A stretch of 63,929 bases of DNA, filler included, from Nemertoderma westbladi (taxonomy: Eukaryota > Animalia > Xenacoelomorpha), in the NCBI GenBank assembly GCA_032718475.1. It is 5 parts of 5 records of this genome, joined end to end, with 100 filler letters (N's around TTAATTAATTAA, not from the genome) between each part and the next. Parts side by side here need not be neighbours in the genome. Positions count along the whole stretch, not along the records: positions 35,068 to 47,960 come from JAUCBJ010007910.1; 4 more parts are not named here. The stretch is one strand, 5' to 3'. Made by a program: the position numbers and the translations under genes. The notes beneath the pieces are model-generated. The model was not told where the DNA came from. It ran no database searches and worked only from the letters and a program-made list of their open reading frames with translations. Positions 36,991-47,960 of the stretch are shown one piece after another. The first letter of the stretch is position 1, and each line of letters begins with the position of its first letter.

Positions 36991-37463
36991 ATGATGAGAA
37001 ATAATTTGACAATAATATGTTTGAAAATGCCCTCTACAGTATTTGTGAAATTTCACGGGAAGGTTTGAAAACTTTAAATGCTGAAATCTTCTCCTGTATT
37101 ACTTTGAAATTTTGACACATGATCCGTGGCGGTGAAGCGCATAACTAAGAACCTCTAATTTCGTAGTTAACTTATCCGCATTCCTTGTGTTTTAGGACCA
37201 AATTCCAAATTTTTGAGCTTTTTTCAAAAATGTGAAAAATAAAAATCAAAAATTTCGAATTTTTTAAGGTTCCAAGTCTTTCTCAGTGGCTACTGTAAAA
37301 GCATACCAAATTTTAGAAAATCGAACAAAGTAGTAGTTCCGGAGAAAACTGGGCATAACATATGCCCAGTATGTATGGGAAAATATAATGGCTCCACCTC
37401 CCCTTAAAACTGATATGTTGCTCCTTAGTAAAGGAATAATTAATAATAATAATGTAAGTGGCA

Positions 37464-38620
37464 TTTTGTGGGGCGAGCCACGAAGTTGGCGGAGCCTTAG
37501 CGAATTGACACTGTTAGGGGGTGGGTCAATTTATGCAAATAGTTGTCGTCGTCGTCGTCGTCGTTGTCGTCGTCGTCGTCGTCGTTGTCGTCGTCGTCGT
37601 CGTCGTCGTTACGATTTTGACATGCTAATAACTTTGTCGAATTTAAAGCTGCCAAGTTGAAAATTTGTAGGTATCAATATGAGCAAAAGTTGAGATTTTT
37701 GAGAGACTTTCAGACACCATCAGTGCAATGGTCTCCCGCTAGAGGGACACATGTCTAAACATTAAATGCCCTCCCATTTCTTTCCTTTTAATCCGTTTAA
37801 GCTGAAACTTGGCAGATATGTATTAGACCATTAGCTGTGACTTTCAAAGGAGGCGAATCCATCTGCAGTTCTCCAGTCTGCCGCTAGAGGGCCAAAGGTC
37901 TGAAAGTGAAATCGTTGTCGTCGTTACGATTTTGACATGCTAATAACTTTGTCGGATTTAAAGCTGCCAAGTTGAAAATTTGTAGGTATCAATATGGGCT
38001 AAAGTTAAGATTTTTGAGAGACTTTCAGACACCATCAGTGCAATGGTCTCTCGCTAGAGGGCCACATGTCTAAACATTAAATGCCCTCCCATTTCTTTGC
38101 TTTTAATCCGTTTAAGCTGAAACTTGGCAGATATGTATTAGACCATTAGCTGTGACTTTCAAAGGAGGCGAATCCATCTGCAGTTCTCCAGTCTGCCGCT
38201 AGAGGGCCAAAGGTCTGAAAGTGAAATCGTTGTCGTCGTTACGATTTTGACATGCTAATAACTTTGTCGGATTTAAAGCTGCCAAGTTGAAAATTTGTAG
38301 GTATCAATATGAGCTAAAGTTGAGATTTTTGAGAGACTTTCAGACACCATCAGTGCAATGGTCTCCCGCTAGAGGGCCACATGTCTAAACATTAAATGCC
38401 CTCCCATTTCTTTGCTTTTAATCCGTTTAAGCTGAAACTTGGCAGATATGTATTAGACCATTAGCTGTGACTTTCAAAGGAGGCGAATCCATCTGCAGTT
38501 CTCCAGTCTGCCGCTAGAGGGCCAACGTGACTATTTGCATAAATTGACCTACCCCCTAACAGTGTCAATTCGCTAAGGCTCTGCCAACTTCGTGCTGCGC
38601 GAAGTCCCCACTTCGTGTAC
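37464..38620 (+). mobile_element. Helentron/HINE-like non-autonomous element: 65-bp inverted repeats, (GTC)n tract and about 3 copies of a 315-bp unit
   Basis: IRs at 37479-37543 and 38530-38594; ACGATTTTGA at 37611, 37926 and 38241; GTGGGG/CCCCAC termini shared with 46953-47150. Confidence 0.75.
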
Positions 38621-38955
38621 AGTATATACATGTATATACTAAACAAACTAGAACAATCTTGACTAGGCTGCTGGATATCATCAACATTGTTAGGGGCCCC
38701 TGTGTTATGCCGATGACCTAATCCTAGGCTACTTAGCACCACAGCAACATAAATTGAATCCGATAAAGCGAGGCTATAGCAGAAGCAAACTGCATAAAGC
38801 TAAAAAAAGAACGGACTAAATCCATCTGGATGCACACATCACATAGATCATAAACATAAACAAAATGGCTGGTCGTTTCGTAATATAGATGTCGACACTG
38901 TGGCTCTCCTTTTTTGGAATACTGTTGCAGTACCTGCCATCTTATATAGCCTTAA

Positions 38956-39643
38956 GGGGGGGGGGGGGGGGGGGGGGTACACCATTTTGGTCCAAAATAT
39001 GTCGAAATTTTTTTTATGGTCTATTATAATGCACCATTGAATGGTGTTTCCAAATCTGAAAACCGCTATTTAATAGCTATTTTAGTTTTCAAGTTATGTA
39101 AATTTCCATTTAGGGATTCCTATTGAAATTACTATTACTATGTATAATGAAAGGTCAATTATCTCCAAATATTTTTTTCATGAAATTGTCAACTTCAAAA
39201 CCCGACTACTTCTACAATTTTTGAGTAATTAGTCTGAAACTTCCTGTGGGTGTCTAGATTGCCACCCTGCATAAAAGTATCAGTCAACTTTTCGAAATTT
39301 TTTGTTAATAAAATTTAATACTATTTATAAAAAACCTAAAAATTAGCATAAATTTGCAGCGCCACCTAGCGGTGCAGAATTATTTTCACAAAATTTCTCC
39401 TGATAGTTATGTTGCCCCATCTTTGATCTATCATATAAAAAAACTTTCATGTGATTAGGTTCAAAACTGTAAAAGCCTTAGGGTTTTAAGCGCAACCAAG
39501 TTTTTTTTATTGTTAACTAGTATTAACTAATATTAAATAGCGGAAAATTTTTTTTTCTGACCTGTCATGTAGAATAGCATCTTAGGCACTTATATGCCAA
39601 ATTTTAGCCAAAACCAAACAATTTTGAAACGCTGAGAGTGATA
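38956..39643 (+). mobile_element. Kolobok-like non-autonomous DNA transposon, right end truncated by an RTE fragment
   Basis: TTAA|GGGG..GTACACCATTTT terminus; 39290-39643 is the reverse complement of 45470-45822. Confidence 0.7.
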
Positions 39644-39649
39644 AAACCT

Positions 39650-40388
39650 CATTGCGTAATCCAGCACAATTACAAATAGTAATGGTGCTAATGTGTCACC
39701 TTGCAGTACGCCAGCCAGGATTGAGAAAAACTCAGTTTCACCATCTGGTGAGAGTACCTGCGCTTCTGTGTCACAATATAACAATCCAATGCCAGCAACA
39801 ATTACTTCTGGTATTCCATAAGCTCTTAGGATTTCAAGCATTTTACCTCTATGGATGGAGTCGAATGCCTTCTTGAAGTCCACAAAAGTCATGACTGCGG
39901 GGAGATTCTTTGACTTAATTCCTTCAATCAGTCTCCGTAGTGCAAGTATCTGAGCTATTGTTGATCTACTTGGTCGAAATCCGTTTTGGCTCTTACGCAG
40001 TAGTTTCTCTATGTGAGGCCTAATCCTATATAGAATCATTTTATTGTATATTTTGGCAGCTACCACAAGCAGACAGATCCCACGATAGTTTGTTGGTATG
40101 CCGAGGTCTCCTTTCTTGGGGAGAGGCTTTAGTTGACCTTTAGTCCAAATTGGTGGTGGCTTTTCCCCTTTTAACATCCGGTTGCAAACATTCAATAATG
40201 GTCTATTTAGCACTCCGGTTTTCCATACCTCCGCTGGGATTTCATCTAATCCACTCGCTTTATTATTGGACATGCTTTTAATGCTTCTTTGGAGTTCGGC
40301 AGGTGTGAAGTCCCCTGTTTCTATAGGTAGTGTCTTGTCATATATTTTCCTTGTAGGGCTGACCTCGATGTTTGGTGGCTGACCAAGC
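39650..40388 (-). mobile_element. RTE family A RT fragment
   Basis: PKKGDL..NYRGI..QNGFRP..FVDFKKAFDS..GVLQGDTLAP; very similar to 1800-2528. Confidence 0.92.
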
Positions 40389-40682
40389 CACAGTAACATG
40401 TGTTAACTTTCGTTTATTGTTTTGGTTCCCCCAACACGCCTCTGTAATCTGCTCATTTAAATCTGTAAATGGCAATGATACATTCGAGCTTAGTAATTTG
40501 TAGATCGAATGTAACATAGTTATAAATATAAATATAAGCTAGCTTATTTATAACATAATTTATGTCATTTTTACATTTATTTGTACAGCAATTAATATAA
40601 TTTGCGCAGTTTCTATCACTTATAATGTACAGTATATGTACAATCATTTCGCAATGTTAAAATTTTGGAATAAAACTACATG

Positions 40683-40799
40683 CATACTTGTTGCAAAGTA
40701 CTGCCTCGTGGCTTTATTTTCACTCACTCACACGTTCGTTCGTGTAACAAAGCCACTCGGATCATCACACTGTAAAGTGCTACTTTACACACAAGTATG
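40683..40799. mobile_element. Small palindromic element
   Basis: CATACTTGT..ACAAGTATG termini; internal GTGGCTTT/AAAGCCAC arms. Confidence 0.55.
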
Positions 40800-41735
40800 T
40801 AAATAGTTATTACATTCATGTGTAAAGCTGATAACTTTTCGCATATACTGTACTGTAATATTAATTATAATATCTGTTTAGAAAAACTAAAATGGTAGCT
40901 GTGTATTATGATGATTTTTTAAAATAAATCACTGCTAGCAATAATTAGAAAGTAGGCCTGTTATTATACAGCTTTCAGTGCTGGTAACTGTAGTTTTAGT
41001 ATTTGATTCATTCTCATTGATTATTATGTCACATTAGTTAAATATTTATCAAAATTTCCATTCCTGTTTTAGTGATTATTAATTAAACTCATTGTTTGTG
41101 ATGATAACTTTAGTTTAATTGAATGCATACATTGTTTTTTCAACCAATTATTAATTAACGATGTTAATTACTGGGACATTTCGAATGCTACATCGTAGAG
41201 AGGTGGGAAAATTGTACGACGTGGTGTATCAATCATTTAATTACCATAATCATGGTTGATTAAATAATTAATTAATTATGTACAGTAGTATTAGTAGTGT
41301 GATAAAAGCACTCTTTTTCGGGTGAATAGCGTTGGTACGGTTGTAGACGTAGGTGAGGATGGAGTGTAGGCCTACACTGTATAGTAGGCACTAGGCAGGC
41401 ATATGGCCTTCATGAATCTTCAAGCAGAACTGTAAGGTCTCCAAAGTAACAGCTGCAATTATACTGTAACAGAGATGCCGCCCTCCAAATGACGCGCTTA
41501 TGAGTCAGAAGGCATAAAAATATTAGCTTCCGACACATTATGGCTTCTGACACACGCGATTACATTTGGATAACGGCCCTCTACTGAAGTACTGTATAAT
41601 TATAACTGTTCGCTGGTGGCTCAGGGTGCTGACTCGCCCCATAGCCACAATTTCAGTGGAATTAAATTGCTTATTCCAAGTACTGAAGGTATAAAGGCTA
41701 AGGGGTCAATGTACAGTATGTCAACGAACTTTAAT

Positions 41736-43448
41736 TTACTTCCTAATACATCGCTCTGATAACATTTCACGAAGATCGTTTACTCTCACCTTACCAGTGC
41801 CCGTTCGCGGAAAAGTATCCACAAAGATTATGTAATCGGGGATTTTAAAGTCCGATAATATTTCGGAAAGAAAAGTTTGAATCTCATTCGCGTGGCTGTG
41901 TTGGTTCGGGAGTAATATAACTGCCGCTCCAACCAACTGAGTGTGTCGCACATCGTCGTTGATGCTGAAGACGCAACTGTCGTAAACCTTGGGATGACTG
42001 TCGATAGCGACTTCTACCTCACTGGGGAAAATCTTAACAGTAAATTCTCGACGTTTAATAACGTCTTTGAGACGGCCTTGGAGGTAAATGTAACCATTCT
42101 TATCGAGATAACCCACATCTCCAGTGCGATACCAACCATTGTCCGTGAGTACATCTTTGGTCGCTTCTTCGTTGTTCCAGTAACCTTTCATTATCACCTC
42201 GCTCCGGACGTAAACATCGCCAATACCCTCAATAACAGCTATTTCACCATCCCCACCGACTATTTTAATTTCCACACCTTGAGTTGGATATCCCGAGTTG
42301 CCGTGACGCATTTCTTTGGTGTCATTCAAACTTCCCATTGCTATCGATAAACTCTCAGTGCTTCCGTAAACTTGCCGTACTTTTATATGACTGAAGGTCG
42401 ATTCTATTTCCGCGGAAAGATGACGAGGAATTACCATCCCCGATACGTTAATGTGTTTCATACTGGAGAAATCATAGTGATCTTTGTGATCGAGCATAGC
42501 AAGTAGTGATAAAGTACCGCAGCTCAGAATTTGTACTTTATGCTTTTCAATAGCTTCACAAATTTTTATTCCATCGGGAAAGGGTGCAGGAATGATCACG
42601 GTATCCCCGGTTATCGCGGCTAAAATAAATCCTAGGCTAATATTTGAAATGCCACCCATTGGTGGCTCGATAATTCTAACAATCTGCTTGCGTTTGGTAG
42701 AACTCGCTTCTGGCTTCTTCGGTTCGAGAGCGTTGGCGTTTAGAAGACTGAAATGCGATATCGGTATGACTTTAGGGACACCAGTGGTTCCGCTCGTGAA
42801 TATAAATAGAGCCGGGTTATTCCAGTCTACTATCATCTCCGGGTCTGCGTCTCTTCCAAGACAATTGATATCATTCCAGGTTGAAGTCCCCACTCGATTT
42901 ATATTGTCCATAAAAATAAGATGTTTCAGTGCGGGTAATATATTACTTGCCGAATTTTCTCTCGGAGTTTCTTCAAATAATTCTGGGCTAATTTTCGAGA
43001 TAATTTCGTAATAATCTTGTTTTCGCCAACCGGCGGAACAAACCAACGCGTTTACGTCAACTTTCCTCAAACCTTCTACCAATTCTTGCGACGTAGACAT
43101 AACGAACATGGGAACTACGGTCAGACCAGCTAGAGTAGCGCCCCAAAACGTAACTACCCACCGCACAGACCCGCCGGATAGTATGCCAATGCGATCGCCG
43201 CTTTGCAATCCTAATTGGAGTAAACCACGAGCGAATATGACTGCCTGCTCGTATATAGAACCGAAAGTAACCGATTCACCACTCTCGTGGCATATATACG
43301 CGATATCGTTTTTATATACATCGTTAGCGAATTTTAACAAGTCACCTATTGCGCCATGAAGTAATGGTGTATTTCTTTCGTTCTTGATCAAACTTTTTGA
43401 TAGAGGAACTTCTCTGGAATGTAGTCGCAAGGGGATGTTGTCAGACAT
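41736..43448 (-). CDS. Acyl-CoA synthetase / AMP-dependent ligase, ACSF2-like, single exon (570 aa)
   Basis: FTSGTTGVPK, YGSTE, MKGYW, GWYRTGD, GRLKDVI, PRTGTGK. ACSF2-like N-terminal half (KVDVNALV..KQDYYEII..PE). Intact ORF; first ATG at 43448. Confidence 0.93.
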   Translation of the reverse strand: MSDNIPLRLHSREVPLSKSLIKNERNTPLLHGAIGDLLKFANDVYKNDIAYICHESGESVTFGSIYEQAVIFARGLLQLGLQSGDRIGILSGGSVRWVVTFWGATLAGLTVVPMFVMSTSQELVEGLRKVDVNALVCSAGWRKQDYYEIISKISPELFEETPRENSASNILPALKHLIFMDNINRVGTSTWNDINCLGRDADPEMIVDWNNPALFIFTSGTTGVPKVIPISHFSLLNANALEPKKPEASSTKRKQIVRIIEPPMGGISNISLGFILAAITGDTVIIPAPFPDGIKICEAIEKHKVQILSCGTLSLLAMLDHKDHYDFSSMKHINVSGMVIPRHLSAEIESTFSHIKVRQVYGSTESLSIAMGSLNDTKEMRHGNSGYPTQGVEIKIVGGDGEIAVIEGIGDVYVRSEVIMKGYWNNEEATKDVLTDNGWYRTGDVGYLDKNGYIYLQGRLKDVIKRREFTVKIFPSEVEVAIDSHPKVYDSCVFSINDDVRHTQLVGAAVILLPNQHSHANEIQTFLSEILSDFKIPDYIIFVDTFPRTGTGKVRVNDLREMLSERCIRK

Positions 43449-45411
43449 TATTTGCAATTACTTTCGAAACAAAATTCTTGATTATTATGATTAATTTACG
43501 TTAATTGATTACTGGTAAAGTTCATAAAATAAAATAACGATAAACGATAAAACAATATTGGTAAACTTATATTGTATATTATATAATGATAATCACTGTA
43601 TTATTGTCATTATTGTATTAATTGATTGATTCGTTTAATACAGATAAGATTTTGCAACAAACAAATATTATTATTGAATTGGTATTTGTACTGTATGTTA
43701 TCGTTACTCTATAAGCCTATACTTTTACTTACAGCACGGTGCGCCGTGGTTAAGCCTTGCCAGCTGCCAGCTGGACATTGAACCTGAACTTACTGTGTAC
43801 GCGTACAGTAAAGGCCTACAATGAGTTGCATACAATAATGTTAGAGAAATGTAACAATTGGATTTGTTGCGTGAGAGTGGCGGACATTAACATAGTTTCA
43901 TAAATGTATTTATTAAGAAGGAACGAGAAGAAGTGCCATCCTTTCACTATCAGTACATAGAATTGTTGATCTTCTTGGAACAGGACTAAATTAATTAATT
44001 AACTATAAATTAAATAGTTTATATGTATTTAAATATTGAAGGAAATGTTGGGGATCTCGACCTGCTTGCTGCTCTCTGTAGGCCTACTCTGATGTTCTAT
44101 ACTGGTAGCTCATATGCAATTAATTAGCCAACAGAATAATAGCCACACCCTGTTATGCACCCCTTTATTTAGACAACTTATTACTTCAGAATTGTATTCC
44201 TATTCACATCAATATAGTCCGGATTCGAACAACGCAACTTGAAGGGATGGCAGATGGCGCCATCAAAACACCCACGGAGAGGAAATTATGGGAAAGTAAA
44301 ACTTTTCGTTCGCTTTGTTTGATCGATCGAATATAATAGGCGGCTAGATTAAATATTAAGTGGTAATCCAAATATGGGCTAATTGTTGTAGCAATCTTTT
44401 ATTATAATCATAATTATTTCTCGTTCTTATATATATTTTCCCATAAAATATAGGTAATGTTTTATTTTTATTGTCTAGGTCTAAATTAGTGAGATGAAAT
44501 TATTATATTTTTGTATTCAATTAATTTATAAAAATTAGTAAATACGTGTATACGGTAACCATTGTTATGCAGAACAAAGGGAGACAATATTGCTTGGGAG
44601 TGAGTGGGGCAAAGCATTCACAGTTGGATGAGTATCTGAGATTTGAGTCTAGAGCACATACAAGGGCCTTGATTGAATTGCTAATATTAGAGCAGCCTGA
44701 TGTTTAGTGGTTATTGGTAATATTTTGGTGTATTTAATATGTGACAATGGATGTGGAGTTTCATACTTGAGTGTAATTCTGCATCAAATGTCACCTTTAT
44801 TAACCTTCTTGCCTGTGTATTGTTTATTGGTGTATACGTTATTCGCAACGTACTTCCAATAACTCTATTATTGGTGAGGTCGTACCAGGTAGTTATTGGA
44901 CTTGTGAATATCAGAACAATATAAATTGTAAGTCAAACCAATCATTCTTATTCATGACACATAACTCTCTGGGGTCAACTACATATCGCTCGACTGGTAA
45001 ATCCGACAGCAGGTTCCCCGAACGAAACCGAGAGGTCTAGTGAGAAGGGAGGTCGATATTCAGCTAGCGGAGCACTCCGGAATCCGATGAGGAACTTTCG
45101 ATATTCTCACCACGCACGACGTAAGTCCCCTAACGTGTGTGAAACCGTCTCATAAAACAACTACAGTAGAAAGCCAGAAAGCTAGTTCTAAGAAGACCGC
45201 CCATAAGACAACAAAACCGTAAAAACTAAAATGTTATAAACATCTCCCTCCATGCAGCCATTGAGAAATCAGAATTAGTCTTGGCAATGCACAGTTCACA
45301 ACAGACAACCCACCCCAATCAACACTCCAGGACTCCAGCCTCTCTGTGCCCATCTACCTACTACATTAGAGGGGTGTAAACGCTACGCCGACAACCCACA
45401 ACCATTATTAA

Positions 45412-45822
45412 GGGGGGGGGGGGGGGGGGGGGGGGGGGGGTACACCATTTTCGAACAACTCTTCGATATATCACTCTCAGCGTTTCAAAATTGTTTGGTT
45501 TTGGCTATAATTTGGAATATAGGTGCCTGAGATGCTATTCTACATGACAGATAGTAAAATTTTATTTTTCGCTATTTAATATTAGTTAATACTAGTTAAC
45601 AATAAAAATAACTTGGGTACGCTTAAAACCCTAAGACTTTTACAGTTTTGAATCTAATCACATTAAAGTTTTTTTATATGATAGATCAAAGATGGGGCAA
45701 CATAACTATCAGGCGAAATTTTGTGAAAATAGTTCTGCACCGCTAGGTGGCGCTGCAAATTTATGCTAAATTTTTAAGTTTGTTATAAATAGTATTAAAT
45801 TTTATTAACAAAAAATTTCAAA
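45412..45822 (-). mobile_element. Inverted partial copy (right end) of the Kolobok-like element at 38956
   Basis: TTAA|GGG..GTACACCATTTT, then the reverse complement of 39290-39643. Confidence 0.75.
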
Positions 45823-46334
45823 ATAAAAAAAAAATACATGAGAGTGACGAAATAAGGTTACATTTTCATATTTTTGCTGTTGTCGGTAGTGGTTGTCGGC
45901 TGTCGGTTGTCAGCGTAGCGTTTACAACCACAGTAGAGTTCAATAATTACCTTAACGTTGAGGCTATGATATAGATAAAAATCCTTCCGCATTTAATAAC
46001 TAAGGCAAATTCGATCCTGCTTGGGCGAATATGACATATTTATGCACTATTTATCCAAGCCAATAAAAATGTGCACAAACATATACTGTATATACTGATA
46101 GTAACAATGTGTTGGCAAGCTTAAGACCCCTAGATCCCTTCCTTATAATAACTGTATATACTGTACATACACCCCAACAACACACCCAAACATATACGTT
46201 TTTTTGACAGTAAGAAACCCTGACGGTCTTCAAATAAACAACAAATAAATGAATATTTAGTACAGTGAAAAAAATTTTCTCGAAAGTTATCAGTAGGCTT
46301 AGGTTTCTATACAGAAATAAAAATAGTTTAAACC

Positions 46335-46650
46335 TACAAACCTAAGCACCATCTAACTCCAGATGACTTTTCTGAATCTGGACTACTTAACTTAGATAGT
46401 AGAGTTAAGCAGCTACGACTTAACCATGTGCATAAAGTGTATAATGGTAAATGTCCCAATTACCTAAAACAAAAATTCAACAGAGTACGCGATACACACT
46501 CTTACAGTACCAGAGCTAGTGCTTTAAACTTCTACCTCCCGAATTGTAAATCCTTCGAATCTGATACTTTCTTTTTTAACGGTATGAAAAATTGGAATTC
46601 TCTGCCGAATGAAATAAAAAATTCAGCCCACCCATTGAAATTTTTGTAAT
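46335..46650 (+). mobile_element. CR1/L2-group LINE ORF2 C-terminal fragment
   Basis: HKVYNGKCPNYL..HSYSTR..TFFFNGMKNWNSLP. Confidence 0.8.
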
Positions 46651-46952
46651 CGTCTAATAAATCCTACGAAATTTGGGCTGTACTGTAGGTGAAAAGTTAT
46701 CGAAGAACATTTTCAAAACTGAAAATTGATTAACTAAAAACTGGTTATTGCCTCTATTATTTAATCACAGGATATATACCGGAATTGTTCAAAGTTAATG
46801 GAATTAAAACTATTATTAACGTGCGATATATTTGTGAGTGAATATAATTAAACCAATATACGATGATATTAGATGAGCACTAAACCCAGGATACAATACC
46901 GGTATTGGCTATGGAGTGAGAATGGTATGATATGATGAGTGAGTACAAGATT

Positions 46953-47150
46953 ATGTGGGGCGAGTCAAAACTGCGAGCCATCAGTGAACTATTATAATTA
47001 TACTATGGCCGTTTTCTAAAAGTCTGTGTGGGTGTAGGGGTGTGTGTGTCAGTGTGTCGGAAGCCAATCTATAACTCGCCATAGTATAATAATAATTGTT
47101 CGATAAGATGGCTTGCAGCTTTTGCTGCACGAAGGCCCCACTCGTGTACT
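46953..47150 (+). mobile_element. Short HINE-like element related to 37464-38620
   Basis: TGTGGGGCGAG start, (GT)n core, CTGCGAGCCATC/GATGGCTTGCAG IRs, CGAAGGCCCCACTCGTGTAC end. Confidence 0.65.
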
Positions 47151-47432
47151 GTACTGTAAGTCACACTAAAACATTTTAGTGTTTAATTGATAATTCTGGA
47201 GGTAGGCCGTTTCAAGTTATATTTGATTTCTATAATCTTATTACGGTTATATTATAATCTGGTTATTGTATTTAATAATGTATAAATTCATGTCTAATTT
47301 AAGTACCGTATACAGGAGTTGTGCAATTTTAAGTAGACCCTTAAAAGGGTTCAGTTAATTGATTAATAATAATATGTCTATTATAGTCGTGATCAGCATC
47401 TATATTATATCTATATATTAGCATCTATATAT

Positions 47433-47960
47433 TTGAATAGGCTTTCCAGGATTTGGAAGTCACCGAGAATTAATCGGAAACTTAAGGTCCGATTATTTAG
47501 AGCAGCAGTAGTTCCAGTACTCCTCTATGGGAGTCCATGCTGGGCTCTAACTGCTGAGGACACCAAATCTCTGGATGGCACATTCACAAGAATGCTACGC
47601 CGGGTTCATTGTGTGAAGTACAATGCACACATCTCCAACCAGACACTATATAACATTGGAGGTGTCTCATTGGTTCCCCCAAGCTTGACACTAGAACAGA
47701 ATCGCCTCCGCTTTGCAGGACATTGCTTTCGCCGTGAGGACCAGCCAGTGCATAATCTTGTACTTTGGCAGCCTCATGGAGTGAATAAGCATGGTGGACA
47801 GCCCATGACTTTCTTGAGACGCATCTTAAAGGACACTGGCCTTGAAGATGCGGATGATCTAGCAAATGTCATGGGTGATAGGGAGTTGTGGCGGCGCAAT
47901 TTTGTCGACAAGCCGGCACAGCATTCTTAAAAATGCAGCTGCAATGCAACATGCCGATCC
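47433..47960 (+). mobile_element. RTE family B 3' fragment
   Basis: Open 165-aa C-terminal frame, nearly identical to 20675-21200. Confidence 0.9.

Noticed and set aside
37388-37660. Arg-rich protamine-like ORF
   Set aside because: Translation of a (GTC)n microsatellite inside a TE.
41736-43448. Bacterial horizontal transfer or luciferase call for the intronless ligase
   Set aside because: N-terminal features resemble animal ACSF2. Nothing in the sequence shows luciferase activity; kept only as an untested idea.
44563-44983. Possible solo LTR (TG...CA)
   Set aside because: No matching TSD, no second copy and no internal coding sequence.
44985-45200. GC-rich hairpin region with partial hammerhead-like motifs (GAAACCGAGAGGTC; CCGATGAG..GATA)
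   Set aside because: Core nucleotides are incomplete in each candidate. An Infernal search would be needed.
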